A stretch of 45,239 nt of DNA from Acidimicrobiaceae bacterium (GCA_025463965.1 JAODBN010000361.1:1-45239); one strand, 5' to 3'. Numbered from the stretch's first letter, positions 17,669 to 27,395 are shown. The notes: a model not told the origin generated them from the letters alone. Translations and numbers: made by a program.

Positions 17669-18690
17669 GGGGACCGGAACTCCTCGTGAAAGCGTCGGTG
17701 AGTCCGGCGGCGGTGCCCGCCAGCCGTCCTGCGCTCGCACTCCTCGACTTGTCCATCTCCCAGCGCCTGCGGCGGACGGAGAAGAGGCTCGTGACCCACG
17801 TCGATCTCGAGGTCGGGCAGGGTGAGATCGTCGGCCTCGTCGGCGAAAGTGGTTCGGGGAAGTCGCTAACGGCTCTTGCGTGCATGGGCCTCTTGCCTTC
17901 TGGCCTCGCGGTGACCGGCGGGGACGTGCACCTCGATGGCGCTTCGCTGCTCGGACTTGCGCCGAAGGCGTTCCGGGCGCTGCGCGGCAACGCGATCAGC
18001 ATGATCTTCCAAGACCCGCTCTCGAGTCTCGACCCGTGCGCCCGCATTGGCGCGCAGATAATCGAGACGATTCGCGCCCATAAAGACGTCAGCGCTTCCC
18101 AGGCGAAGCGGGATGCCATCGAGCTGCTAGACCGCGTCGGGATCCCGAGAGCGGCCCAACGCATGCGGGCGTATCCGCACGAGTTCTCGGGCGGAATGCG
18201 CCAGCGGGTCATGATCGCGGCGGCGCTCGTCCTCAAGCCACGCGTCCTGCTTGCGGATGAGCCGACAACGGCGCTGGACGTCACTACGCAGGCGGGCATC
18301 GTCGAGCTCGTGCGCGAACTCTGCCGTGAGCTTCAGATGAGCGTCGTCTGGATCTCCCACGACCTTGCGCTCGTCAGCGAGCTCGCCGATCGAGTGGCGG
18401 TGATGTACGCCGGAGAGATAGTCGAGGTCGCGGACTCCAAAGTTCTCTTCCGAGTGTCTCGTCATCCTTACACGAAGGGTCTTGTTGCCAGCGGGAGCAT
18501 CCGTCCCTACGGCGAGCGCTTCAGTTACATACCCGGCAGTATTGCCGAGCCGGGAACGTGGCCGACAGGGTGTCGATTTGCTCCTCGCTGCGAGCGCGTC
18601 CGCGAGGAGTGCGTCGGAGAGCATCCCGACTTTAGGAGTGGGACGACAACGGTCCGCTGCGTCAATCCCATCGAGTACGAGGCGGAATGA
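17665..18690 (+). CDS. ABC transporter ATP-binding protein (DppD/OppD type)
   Basis: The start was set at ATG 17665 (ATGA overlap); the track's extension from 17554 overlaps the permease. Motifs: Walker A GESGSGKS, signature FSGGMRQRV, Walker B LLADEPTTALD. The C-terminal oligopeptide-ATPase-type tail contains Cys residues. Confidence 0.9.
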   Translation: MRGPELLVKASVSPAAVPASRPALALLDLSISQRLRRTEKRLVTHVDLEVGQGEIVGLVGESGSGKSLTALACMGLLPSGLAVTGGDVHLDGASLLGLAPKAFRALRGNAISMIFQDPLSSLDPCARIGAQIIETIRAHKDVSASQAKRDAIELLDRVGIPRAAQRMRAYPHEFSGGMRQRVMIAAALVLKPRVLLADEPTTALDVTTQAGIVELVRELCRELQMSVVWISHDLALVSELADRVAVMYAGEIVEVADSKVLFRVSRHPYTKGLVASGSIRPYGERFSYIPGSIAEPGTWPTGCRFAPRCERVREECVGEHPDFRSGTTTVRCVNPIEYEAE

Positions 18691-19460
18691 CGGTGTCAAT
18701 CGTCCAGCTACTTGACGCGAGAAAGGTCTTCCGCGGACGGCGCGGCGCGCCGGATCACGTCGCTGTCGACGACGTCTCCTTCGAGATGAGCAGCGGTGAG
18801 ACGCTCGGCATTGTCGGAGAGAGCGGGAGCGGCAAGACGACCATCGCGCGGCTCGTCCTCTCACTGGCGCGCCCGACGTCCGGACACGTGTATGTGGGCG
18901 GCATCGACGTCGGCGCCGCCTCCGGCGCTGAGCGCAAGCGCCTACCGCGGATTGTCCAGGCGGTATTCCAGGATCCCTTCGCATCACTCGATCCACGGAT
19001 GACGATTGGCGCCAGCATCTGCCAAGGAGCAAAGCGTGCCTTCGGTGCGCAGGCGGCCCAAGCGGCGCTCGGTGATCTCCTCGACCATGTTGGACTGCCT
19101 CAGCGCTACCGTGACCTGTATCCGCACGAGCTCTCAGGCGGACAGCTCCAGCGCGTCGCGATCGCCCGCGCACTTGCGATGAAGCCGGATGTCCTCGTGG
19201 CCGACGAGCCAGTGAGCGCGCTCGATGTGTCGATGCAGGGACAGGTTCTCAATCTACTCATCGACCTTCGCCATGAGTTCTCCATCTCGTGCCTGTTCAT
19301 CTCGCACGACCTCGGGATCGTCCAGCAGTTCTGCGAGCGCGTGCTCGTGATGGAGAGCGGAAAGGTCGTCGAAGAGGGCGTACCCGGCGATATCTTCCGG
19401 TCGCCGTCGCATCCCTACACTCAGAGCCTCATCGAGGCCATCCCAAAGGTGCCCGCATGA
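18687..19460 (+). CDS. ABC transporter ATP-binding protein (DppF/OppF type)
   Basis: Walker A GESGSGKTT, signature LSGGQLQRVAIARAL, Walker B LVADEPVSALD. ATGA overlap. Confidence 0.9.
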   Translation: MTVSIVQLLDARKVFRGRRGAPDHVAVDDVSFEMSSGETLGIVGESGSGKTTIARLVLSLARPTSGHVYVGGIDVGAASGAERKRLPRIVQAVFQDPFASLDPRMTIGASICQGAKRAFGAQAAQAALGDLLDHVGLPQRYRDLYPHELSGGQLQRVAIARALAMKPDVLVADEPVSALDVSMQGQVLNLLIDLRHEFSISCLFISHDLGIVQQFCERVLVMESGKVVEEGVPGDIFRSPSHPYTQSLIEAIPKVPA

Positions 19461-20119
19461 CCGTGTCCGAGATCGGCTTCCCCGCCCCGGAGGCGGTGAG
19501 CTTCGGTGAGGGGGCCGACCTCGCCGGAGTTGCCTGGAGATGGCCGTCTGCCGATATCTCCTTGCTCTTCCTTCACGACGTCGGGACCGATCTCGACTCG
19601 CTTCGCTGGTTGTGCGCTCCGCTCGTAGCAGCGGGGATCACCTGCCTCAGCCTCGACCTCGCCGGCCACGGTCTTAGCGCCGGTGACTTCAAGGCCGACG
19701 GTGAACGGGCAGTTCACACCGCTTGGACTACGTTCACGGCCGGTTTGACAGGCGTCGCCGGCGTGGTCGCCGAGGGAGCGGCTGTCGACCTCATGTTTGC
19801 CACGGACTTTGCGAAAGCGCCAGTGTCGGCCGTCTGTCTCAGCCCGCGTCAGCGCGCCGGTGGGGGCGTACCCGCTCCGAGCTGGCGACTGGTCCCGAAA
19901 CTCGTGATCCTCGAGTCTGAGGGCACCGGTGATTCTGCCTATGCCGACACCATCATCGAGTCGACGAACGCGTGGTGCCTCCGCGCCGATCTCAGTCCGT
20001 CGTGCACAGAGGGAGACCGCTCCCACGATTACCAGGTGGCGAGCCTGACGCTCAAGTTCCTGCTCGAACAGGCGGCCTTCGAACTCGCCGGCCGGACTCA
20101 GCCCGGGGAGGCTCTGTGA
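19457..20119 (+). CDS. Alpha/beta-hydrolase-fold-like protein without a recognisable GXSXG nucleophile
   Basis: The start was set at ATG 19457 (ATGA overlap). LLFLHDVGTDLDSL...LSLDLAGHGLSAGDF resembles the beta3/oxyanion region of alpha/beta hydrolases. The position expected for the nucleophile elbow reads VVAEGAAV, with no Ser. Confidence 0.4.
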   Translation: MTVSEIGFPAPEAVSFGEGADLAGVAWRWPSADISLLFLHDVGTDLDSLRWLCAPLVAAGITCLSLDLAGHGLSAGDFKADGERAVHTAWTTFTAGLTGVAGVVAEGAAVDLMFATDFAKAPVSAVCLSPRQRAGGGVPAPSWRLVPKLVILESEGTGDSAYADTIIESTNAWCLRADLSPSCTEGDRSHDYQVASLTLKFLLEQAAFELAGRTQPGEAL

Positions 20120-21078
20120 GCACGCTCGAAGCACCGGCGCACCTACTCGCCCTCTATGAGCAGATGTACACGATCCGTGCATTCGAGGAGCAGGTGATGG
20201 AGCTGCTCCGAATCGGCGAGATCACGGGGTCGACCCACCTCTGCATAGGCCAGGAGGCCGTCCCGGTCGGCGCCTCTGCGGTGCTCCAAGCCTCAGACGC
20301 AGTCATCGCGACCTACCGTGGCCACGGCTGGGCGATCGCGAGAGGCGTTCCGCTCGCGGCGCTCTTCGCCGAGCTGATGGGCCGCGCCTCGGTTCTCTGC
20401 GACGGCCGGGGCGGCTCCGCCTATTTCATGGCCCCCGATCACGGCTTCCTTGGAGAGAATTCGATTGTCGGTGCTGGTGTCCCGATGGCGCTCGGCGCCG
20501 CTCTCGCCCGGCGCTTCCAGCGGCGAGACGCGATCGGGCTGGTGTCGATCGGCGACGGCGCGATGAATCAGGGCGCCGTGCACGAGTCGCTGAACATGGC
20601 GGCCGTCCTCGCCGTCCCGCTCGTCGTCGTCGTCGAGAACAACGGCTACGTCGAAATGACGCCGTCACAGGCGCTCACCGCCAAGCCGGCGCACGTTCGG
20701 GCAGCAGCCGCCTATGGCATTGAGTCGGTGCTCGTCGACGGTAACGATCCCGACGCGGTGGGCGCGGCCGTGGAGCGGGCGCGTGCGACCGCCATCGGGT
20801 CTCAGCGGCCGTTCCTCATCGAGGCCGAGACGCACCGCCTCGTCGGCCACTACTCGGGCGACCTCCAGGCCTATCGGCCGCCTGGGGAGCTCGACGCGGC
20901 GCGCCTGCGCGAGCCGCTCGTGCGTCTCGCAGCCACCATCAGCGACGATGAGGCCACCGATGCCGTGCGCGCACGAGTCGCCCGGTTGCTCGCGGAGGAA
21001 CTCGACGTGGCACGTCGCGTGCCACCGGCAAACCCAGAGCGAGCCCTCGTCGGTCTCTACGCAGGACCGGAACGATGA
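20116..21078 (+). CDS. Thiamine-diphosphate-dependent 2-oxoacid/acetoin dehydrogenase E1 component, alpha subunit
   Basis: The start was set at GTG 20116 (GTGA overlap, GGGGAGG RBS). MYTIRAFEE...HLCIGQEA...YRGHG, and the TPP motif SIGDGAMNQGAVHESLNMAAV...VVVVENNGY. Confidence 0.85.
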   Translation: MSTLEAPAHLLALYEQMYTIRAFEEQVMELLRIGEITGSTHLCIGQEAVPVGASAVLQASDAVIATYRGHGWAIARGVPLAALFAELMGRASVLCDGRGGSAYFMAPDHGFLGENSIVGAGVPMALGAALARRFQRRDAIGLVSIGDGAMNQGAVHESLNMAAVLAVPLVVVVENNGYVEMTPSQALTAKPAHVRAAAAYGIESVLVDGNDPDAVGAAVERARATAIGSQRPFLIEAETHRLVGHYSGDLQAYRPPGELDAARLREPLVRLAATISDDEATDAVRARVARLLAEELDVARRVPPANPERALVGLYAGPER

Positions 21079-22073
21079 GCGTGGTGGAGATCTCCTACAT
21101 CCGTGCCGTCAACGAGGCGCTGGCGTGGGCGCTCGCGCGCTATCCCGAATCGATCATCTTCGGGGAGGACGTCGCGCTGCCAAACGGGCCGTTCGGGGCG
21201 ACGAAGGGACTCCGCGCCCGCTTCGATGAGCGCGTCTTCGATACTCCGATCTCGGAGTCCGCGATGGTCGGTACCGCTCTTGGCGCAGCCGTCTCCGGTC
21301 TACGTCCGGTCGTCGAGATCATGTACGGCGACTTCCTCCTTGTCGCGATGGACCAGATCGTGAACCAGGTGGCAAACGCGCGCTACGTCTCGAACGGGGC
21401 GCTCGTCCCGCGACTCACTATCCGGACCCAGCAAGGCGCGACTCCCGGCTCATGCGCTCAGCACAGCCAGTCACTCGAGGCGCTCTTCGCACACATCCCC
21501 GGCCTGCGTGTCGGACTAGCGTCGAACGCCGTCGACGCTTACGAGATGCTTCGCGCTGCGATCGCCTCGGACGACCCGGTGTTGATCTTCGAGAGTCGCC
21601 GCCTCTATGCGCAAAAGGCGGCAGTCGCCCTTGATGGCCCGCTCGAGGCCGTCAGCGGGTCGCGCGTCGTTGCCGAGGGAGGCGACGTCACCGTCGTCTC
21701 GTGGGGAGCCGCAGTTTCTGACGTGCTGACGGCGCGCACCGCTCTCGATGAGCGCGGTGTGCACGCGACGGTTGTCGACCTGCGCTGGCTCTCTCCGCTC
21801 GATCTCAATCCCGTGTTCGACTCGGTGGCGCGAACGGGTCGGCTAGCGGTCGTCCACGAGGCAAATACGACTGGCGGCTTCGGCGGTGAGATCGTCGCTC
21901 GCGTCGTCGAAGAAATGGGTTCCCAGCTCACTGCGGCGCCGGTCCGCATCGGTGCGCGCGACTGCCGAATGCCGGCAGCGCCCAGCCTGTCCGCAGCCCT
22001 CCTCCCCACCCCAGACCGGATCGCCGCCGAGCTCATGACGCTCGTCGCACCGACCGGCGCGCCGGCCAGCTGA
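21075..22073 (+). CDS. 2-oxoacid/acetoin dehydrogenase E1 component, beta subunit (transketolase-like)
   Basis: FDTPISESAMVGTALGAAVSGLRPVVEIMYGDFLLVAMDQIVNQ and the C-terminal transketolase_C-like part (VVDLRWLSPLD). ATGA overlap. Confidence 0.85.
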   Translation: MSVVEISYIRAVNEALAWALARYPESIIFGEDVALPNGPFGATKGLRARFDERVFDTPISESAMVGTALGAAVSGLRPVVEIMYGDFLLVAMDQIVNQVANARYVSNGALVPRLTIRTQQGATPGSCAQHSQSLEALFAHIPGLRVGLASNAVDAYEMLRAAIASDDPVLIFESRRLYAQKAAVALDGPLEAVSGSRVVAEGGDVTVVSWGAAVSDVLTARTALDERGVHATVVDLRWLSPLDLNPVFDSVARTGRLAVVHEANTTGGFGGEIVARVVEEMGSQLTAAPVRIGARDCRMPAAPSLSAALLPTPDRIAAELMTLVAPTGAPAS

Positions 22074-22120
22074 TGCTCGCCTCATTGGAGGCAGCGCCTC
22101 GAAGACAAGGAGACAAGACC

Positions 22121-22927
22121 ATGTTGTGTCAACGGCTGGAAGGCCGCTCCGCTGTGATCACCGGCGGGGCGAGCGGGGTCGGACGGGCAACGGCGAAGCG
22201 CTTCGCCGAGGAAGGCGCGAAAACCATATGTTTGTTTGACTTGAACGGCGACAACCTCGGGCTTGTCGCTGGTGAGGTCGAACAGCGCGGCGCGAAGGTC
22301 ATCTCCTTCGTCGGCGATGTGACCTCTGTCGAGCAGTGTCAGGAGGCGATCGACATGATCGTAGCGAGCGCCGGGCACCTCGACATCCTCGTCAGCAACG
22401 CGCCGGCGCACAGCTCCGCGCCTTTCCTTGATATGTCACTCGCGGACTGGGACCGTGTCGTCGGGGTGAACCTCCGTGCATCGTTCATCATCGGCCAGAT
22501 CGCAGCGCGGGCCATGGTCGCTGGGGGGCGCGGTGGGGCGATCCTCTACACGGCGTCCGTGTCGGCGATTGGCGCCTCGAAGGACTACGCACACTACGGC
22601 GCCTCCAAGGCCGGAATCGTCAACCTCGCGAAGACGATGGCGCTCGAGCTCGTCCACGAGAACATCCGCGTCAATGCCGTGAGCCCAGGACCCCTCGACA
22701 CGCCGCAGTCGGTGGCGGTGCTCGGAAGTGAGGAGGCGATGGAGCGGGCGCGCAAGCACTGGCCACTCGTCCCGATGGGCCGGCTCGGCAAGCCCGAGGA
22801 GATCGCGGCGGCCTTCGCCTACCTCGCCTCAGACGACGCCGCTTACGTTACCGGGCAAAACCTGGTCGTAGACGGCGGCCTCACTGCGCACGCGTACTCA
22901 ATCCCCGAGGAGCTTTTGGCCAAATGA
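22121..22927 (+). CDS. SDR-family oxidoreductase
   Basis: The start was set at ATG 22121, which has an AAGGAG RBS. Motifs: TGGASGVGRA (TGxxxGxG), catalytic YGASKAG (YxxxK), and PGPLDTP. Confidence 0.85.
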   Translation: MLCQRLEGRSAVITGGASGVGRATAKRFAEEGAKTICLFDLNGDNLGLVAGEVEQRGAKVISFVGDVTSVEQCQEAIDMIVASAGHLDILVSNAPAHSSAPFLDMSLADWDRVVGVNLRASFIIGQIAARAMVAGGRGGAILYTASVSAIGASKDYAHYGASKAGIVNLAKTMALELVHENIRVNAVSPGPLDTPQSVAVLGSEEAMERARKHWPLVPMGRLGKPEEIAAAFAYLASDDAAYVTGQNLVVDGGLTAHAYSIPEELLAK

Positions 22928-23667
22928 AGATCAACGACCACCTCTATCTTGTTGGCGGCGGCGACTATGGGTTCAACCTGTCGGGCCGGCTCGACTGCAA
23001 CAGCTACGTCCTGGACACGGGCGAAGGACTGTGGATGATCGATGCGGGCTTCGACGGCGGCGAGCAGGTCGTGAAGAACATCCGCGCCGAAGGTCTCGAG
23101 CCGCGCGCGATCACGCGGTTGTTCATCACGCACTACCACGCTGACCACGCGGGGGCTCTTTCCTACATGCGCAAGGCACTCTCGCCTGAGCTCCAGATCG
23201 CGATCTCCCGCGAGGTCGCCGAGCAAGTACGCGCCGGGGACGAGGAGGACAACGGCCTACGGTGGGCGAAGAGCTTCGGCTTCTACCCCTCGGAGTTTGC
23301 CCTTGAGCCTTGCGAGGTCGATGTCGAGCTGACCCACGGCCAGCGCTTTCAGGCAGGGCGTTTCACGCTTGAGGCGATTGACACCCCCGGGCACTGCCGG
23401 GGGCACATCTGCTTCCACCTGACCGGGGGCTCGGGCGGCTACTTGTTCAGCGGGGACCACGTCTTCTGGGGCGGCAAGATCATCCTTCAGAACGTGGGCG
23501 ACTCGAGCGTGCAGGAGTACGCGGCGTCGATGAACGCGCTCCTCGACTACGACTACGCAGCGCTTATGCCCGGCCACCTCGCCTTCTCTATGGTAAACGG
23601 CAAGCGACACGTCGAGCTGGCCGCTAACCAGTTCAACAAGATCGGCCTGCCTGCGAATCTGCTTTGA
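22924..23667 (+). CDS. MBL-fold metallo-hydrolase
   Basis: HxHxDH motif THYHADHAG, then DTPGHCRGH and a later His (PGH). ATGA overlap. Confidence 0.8.
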   Translation: MKINDHLYLVGGGDYGFNLSGRLDCNSYVLDTGEGLWMIDAGFDGGEQVVKNIRAEGLEPRAITRLFITHYHADHAGALSYMRKALSPELQIAISREVAEQVRAGDEEDNGLRWAKSFGFYPSEFALEPCEVDVELTHGQRFQAGRFTLEAIDTPGHCRGHICFHLTGGSGGYLFSGDHVFWGGKIILQNVGDSSVQEYAASMNALLDYDYAALMPGHLAFSMVNGKRHVELAANQFNKIGLPANLL

Positions 23668-24944
23668 CCGATCTCGCGCAAATGGCAGACGCCTCGGGGG
23701 TCGACCTGCATCGTCCGGCGGAGTCGCGCCGCTTCGCGGTGACGGCGGGCGCGACTTTCCTTCCCGCCCGCGGTTTCGTCGCCGGTGTGACGGTACTGGT
23801 CGAGAACGGCGTGATCATCGAGGTCCGCAATCGTCCCGTTCCACCTGCTGAAGCGATCGTGCACGTTGAGCGACGGGATGCCACGCTGCTCCCCGGGCTC
23901 ATCGACAGCCATGTGCATCTCTCCTTCAGTGGCGGATCGCGCGTGATCGAGGACGTCACCGAGGCGAGCGACGTCACGCTCGGGCTCGTCGCGCTGCAGC
24001 ATGCGCAGATCGCCCTGGCGTCCGGTGCGACGACCCTGGCCGACTGCGGGGCTCGCTGCGAGGTGGTGCTTCAGGTGCGCGACGCGGTGGCGAGTGGCCG
24101 TGTCGCCGGTCCGCGCATCCTCGCGAGTGGCGCACCCATTACGACGACGGCGGGGCACTGTTCATGGCTCGGCGGCTGCGCGGACTCCATCGACGATGTC
24201 ATCCGCGAGGCGCGCCGCCAGGTAGGGGCCGGTGCCGATTTCTTGAAAGTGATGCTGACCGGTGGCAACCTCACGCCGGGCAGCAATCCCGGGATGCTGC
24301 AGTATCCGGCGGATGTGCTTTTTGCGCTCGCCAACGAGGCACGTCGTCTCGGGCGCCCCCTCGTCGTCCACGCCCACTCAGAGGAAGCCGTCGCCATCGC
24401 CGGGCGCGCCGGTGCGACGATCGTCGCCCACGGTACGTGCGCTTCGAGCGAGGGCATCGGGCTCTCGCCTACGACCGTGGAGGCGCTCCTTGCCGGGGGC
24501 ACGGTGATCGATCCGACGATCACCGTCGGCATGCCCGGCATCCGCGACCACGCACAGGTGATGCACGATCGCGCTCGGATCCGAAAGGAGATGCTGCCGG
24601 TGTTCACCGCCCTTGCCCGCCAAGGCGTGCCGCTGCTTGCTGGCACCGATGCGGGTGTGACCAATGTGCCGCACGGCAGCACGGCACGTGCTGTGCTGGC
24701 CCTCGAGCGTGAGGTCGGCCTCCAACGCGAGGAGGCGATCTTTTCGGCGACGGCCGCTCCGGCGCGCGTCTTCGGCCTCGAGCACCGCACAGGAGCGATC
24801 GTTCCAGGACTCGCCGCAGACCTCCTTCTCGTCGAGGGTGACCTCCGCACCGACGCGACTGCGATCCTCCGCCCGGCACAGGTCTGGTCGCAGGGCGTGC
24901 CCATCGCAGCAAGCGCTTGGCGTCGGGAGGCCGAGGTTGTATAG
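23664..24944 (+). CDS. Amidohydrolase-superfamily metal-dependent hydrolase (Amidohydro_1 type)
   Basis: LPGLIDSHVHL (HxH), KVMLTGG, VVHAHSEEA and the GTDAG region. The start is either TTG 23664 (overlapping the upstream stop) or ATG 23682. Confidence 0.8.
   Translation: MTDLAQMADASGVDLHRPAESRRFAVTAGATFLPARGFVAGVTVLVENGVIIEVRNRPVPPAEAIVHVERRDATLLPGLIDSHVHLSFSGGSRVIEDVTEASDVTLGLVALQHAQIALASGATTLADCGARCEVVLQVRDAVASGRVAGPRILASGAPITTTAGHCSWLGGCADSIDDVIREARRQVGAGADFLKVMLTGGNLTPGSNPGMLQYPADVLFALANEARRLGRPLVVHAHSEEAVAIAGRAGATIVAHGTCASSEGIGLSPTTVEALLAGGTVIDPTITVGMPGIRDHAQVMHDRARIRKEMLPVFTALARQGVPLLAGTDAGVTNVPHGSTARAVLALEREVGLQREEAIFSATAAPARVFGLEHRTGAIVPGLAADLLLVEGDLRTDATAILRPAQVWSQGVPIAASAWRREAEVV
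24910..24919. promoter_or_regulatory. Second copy of the LacI-type palindrome CAAGCGCTTG, ahead of the aldolase sub-operon
   Basis: An exact 10-mer in the last 35 nt of the amidohydrolase gene, overlapping a TTGGCG - 17 nt - TATAGG arrangement (24917-24945; the -10 fit is weak). A 119-nt gap follows it, one of the few breaks in an otherwise tightly coupled + strand gene run. Confidence 0.45.
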
Positions 24945-25063
24945 GCCCAGAAGGCGTGATCACTTCGAGCTCAAGGCTCTCGCCAGTTCCGGCGCCCAAT
25001 CCCTACGACCTATCGCCATGTTGGCCAACTTGGACTTTGGCTGCCGGGGCTCCGAGAGGTGAG

Positions 25064-25921
25064 ATGCCTGCCGTTCCGCTGATGGACATCCTGAAGAAGG
25101 CGTTCGATGAACACTACGGGGTGGCTGCGTTCAACGTCGTGAATGACCTCACCATGGAGGCTGTGCTTGCTGCGGCGCAGGTCTCGCGGGCGCCGGTCAT
25201 TGTCCAAACGTCGGTGAAGACGGTCCGTTCGATTGGCAGCGGCGTTTTGTTCTCGATGTGGGAAGAGATGTCGAAAGCCGTCGATGTTCCGGTAAGTCTG
25301 CACCTCGACCACTGTCCCGACCGTGCGGTGATCACCGAGTGCCTGCAAAAGGGGTGGAACTCGGTTCTTTTTGATGGCTCGCAGCTATCGGTGGTCGAAA
25401 ACCTCCGCCAGACAACCGAGGTGGTCCACGAGGCTCGCCGGTACGGCGCCCACGTCGAAGGTGAAATAGAGGCGATCACCGGCGTGGAGGATGGCGTTGG
25501 TTCTGACGAGGACGCCGCGCAGCAGTCCCTCGAAGTGGTACTGAACTTCGTTCGCTGCAGTGGCATCGATGTCTTCGCACCGGCGATCGGTAACGCTCAC
25601 GGCGTCTACCGGAGCGAACCGGCTCTCGATATGCAGCGCGTCTCGGACGTCGTCTCGGCGACGTCGATCCCCATCGCGCTTCACGGCGGAACTGGCATGG
25701 CGGAGGCACAATTCCGAGGTCTGATTGAGCGAGGTTGCGCCAAGATCAACATTTCGACAGCGCTGAAAATCAACTTCATGCAGTCGAGCCTTGCGCATCT
25801 GGAGAAGGCTCGTTTCGAGGGCAAGTGGGACCCTCCGTCCTTCTTCCGTGACGTCCGCTCAAGCGTGATGGAAATGGCGGCGCACCATATTCAGCTCTTT
25901 GGCAGTGCTGGAAAAGCGTGA
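25064..25921 (+). CDS. Class II ketose-bisphosphate aldolase (FbaA/GatY/KbaY family)
   Basis: The start was set at ATG 25064 (GAGAGGTGAG upstream). GVAAFNVVN, VIVQTS, SLHLDHC, ALHGGTGM and KINISTAL. Confidence 0.85.
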   Translation: MPAVPLMDILKKAFDEHYGVAAFNVVNDLTMEAVLAAAQVSRAPVIVQTSVKTVRSIGSGVLFSMWEEMSKAVDVPVSLHLDHCPDRAVITECLQKGWNSVLFDGSQLSVVENLRQTTEVVHEARRYGAHVEGEIEAITGVEDGVGSDEDAAQQSLEVVLNFVRCSGIDVFAPAIGNAHGVYRSEPALDMQRVSDVVSATSIPIALHGGTGMAEAQFRGLIERGCAKINISTALKINFMQSSLAHLEKARFEGKWDPPSFFRDVRSSVMEMAAHHIQLFGSAGKA

Positions 25922-26733
25922 GGACTTTGATCTTCGACTGTGACGGTGTTCTCTCCGACACCGAGCGCGACGGTCACCGCCGCGCCTTCAATCAGGCGTT
26001 TGCGGAGTTCGGGCTGCCGGTGTGCTGGAGTGAGGCAGAGTACGCGGAGAAACTTTCGATCGGCGGTGGAAAGGAGCGGATGGCGACTCTGCTCACCCCC
26101 GAACTCGTCGCGGCGATGGGTCTACCGAGAGACCCCGAAGCTCAGTCGAGCGTGCTGCAGACATGGCATCGGCGAAAGTCGGAGATCTACCGCGAGCTTG
26201 TTGCGCGCGGGGGCCTCCCACCCCGCCCTGGTGTCGCCCGCGTTGCCCGCGAAGCACTCGATGCAGGCTGGCAACTGGCTGTTGCTTCCACGTCCGCGGA
26301 GGAGTCCGTTCGGGCGATCCTCGAGCACGCGATCGGCGTGCGCGATGCGGGGCGCTTCTCAGCGGTACTCGCTGGGGACATTGTCGAGCGGAAGAAACCT
26401 GCGCCTGACATCTATGAATTGGTTGTCGGGCGCCTCGGAGCGGATCGGCAGACAACTGTCGTCGTTGAAGACTCACGCAACGGCCTGCTCGCGGCAGTTG
26501 GAGCTGGGTTGCCGTGCGTCATCACTGTCAGCAACTACACGCGGGACGAATCGTTCAAAGAGGCAGCTTTCGTGGTGAGCTCTCTCGGTGATCCCGGGGG
26601 GGAGGCGACGCACGTATACGAGAACCGAAGCCAGGCCTCTCCTGTTGGCTGGGTGACCTTGCGCGATCTGGAAATGTGCATGCTCGGAATGACGGACGGC
26701 GCTCACTCTGCCGGTGCGCAGGGGGACGGATGA
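25918..26733 (+). CDS. HAD-IA family hydrolase (CbbY-like phosphatase)
   Basis: Motif I LIFDCDGVLSDTE, motif II VASTS, motif III ERKKPAPDIY, motif IV VVVEDSRNG. GTGA overlap. Confidence 0.85.
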   Translation: MRTLIFDCDGVLSDTERDGHRRAFNQAFAEFGLPVCWSEAEYAEKLSIGGGKERMATLLTPELVAAMGLPRDPEAQSSVLQTWHRRKSEIYRELVARGGLPPRPGVARVAREALDAGWQLAVASTSAEESVRAILEHAIGVRDAGRFSAVLAGDIVERKKPAPDIYELVVGRLGADRQTTVVVEDSRNGLLAAVGAGLPCVITVSNYTRDESFKEAAFVVSSLGDPGGEATHVYENRSQASPVGWVTLRDLEMCMLGMTDGAHSAGAQGDG

Positions 26734-27395
26734 CGGCAACGCTCGGCGACGTCGCATTTGTCATTGGTTCGATGGCCCGCACCGCTGTCGACAACGAGGG
26801 CTTGTTCGGAGAGCTTGACGCGGTCGTTGGCGACGGCGACTTCGGCTACTCCATGGCTCGTGGCTTCGAGGCCGTCCTCGCTGGCTGGTCAGAGCTCGAC
26901 CGCGCGAGCATCGGTGGGTTCTTGAAGGGGGTCGCAACGACGGTGATGGGACGGATGGGCGGGACCTCTGGACCGATCTGGGGTACGGCGTTGCTGCGTG
27001 CCGGAACCGTCGCCGGCAACGAGTCGGAGCTGGAATGTGCGGAGGTGCTTGCCATGCTGTGGGCCGCAATCGAGGGAATCAGGCAACGCGGGAAGTCCGA
27101 TGTCGGGGACAAGACTCTTCTCGACGCTCTCGTTCCGGCGGTCAATGCGCTCGAGGGCGAGCTACTCAATGGTGGCGCTGCAGCCGATGCCCTAAGCAGA
27201 GCCGCGGTCGTCGCGTCCGAGGCCGCGGAGGCGACCCGCCCTATGGTGGCGAAGCGCGGGCGCGCCTCGTACGCCGGCGACCGGAGCGTCGGAACGCTCG
27301 ATCCGGGAGCGGCTGCCGTGGCCCGGATGTTCCAGGACATCGCGGCGAGCTGGTCAGAGCATGTGGGACGGAGCGATTCGGAGGCGCACACATGA
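26730..27395 (+). CDS. dhaL: Dihydroxyacetone kinase, ADP-binding subunit DhaL
   Basis: The start was set at ATG 26730 (ATGA overlap). DAVVGDGDFGYSM (GDGDHG-type motif with Phe for His), GGTSGPIW, GDKTLLDAL and RGRASY. Confidence 0.85.
   Translation: MTATLGDVAFVIGSMARTAVDNEGLFGELDAVVGDGDFGYSMARGFEAVLAGWSELDRASIGGFLKGVATTVMGRMGGTSGPIWGTALLRAGTVAGNESELECAEVLAMLWAAIEGIRQRGKSDVGDKTLLDALVPAVNALEGELLNGGAAADALSRAAVVASEAAEATRPMVAKRGRASYAGDRSVGTLDPGAAAVARMFQDIAASWSEHVGRSDSEAHT

Noticed and set aside
22191-22206. 16-bp perfect palindrome GGCGAAGCGCTTCGCC with the same AAGCGCTT core as the LacI-type sites
   Set aside because: It lies about 70 nt inside the SDR coding region (encodes AKRFAE), and its flanks differ (GAAGCGCTTC rather than CAAGCGCTTG). 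GC-rich palindromes of this kind recur, for example CGAGCGCTCG near 28802 and 42463. It is probably coincidental, though a weak internal operator cannot be excluded.
27035-27391. N-terminal extensions offered by the ORF track (27035 for dhaK, 29965 for DMFase-like 1, 40597 for glcE, 41976 for glcF, 43021 for IclR, 19289, 19972, 17554, 24917, 26676, 4804, 11868, 14023)
   Set aside because: Each extension overlaps the well-supported upstream gene and is Arg-rich nonsense. An internal ATG or GTG with an RBS or an ATGA/GTGA stop-start overlap gives an N-terminus that matches the family.
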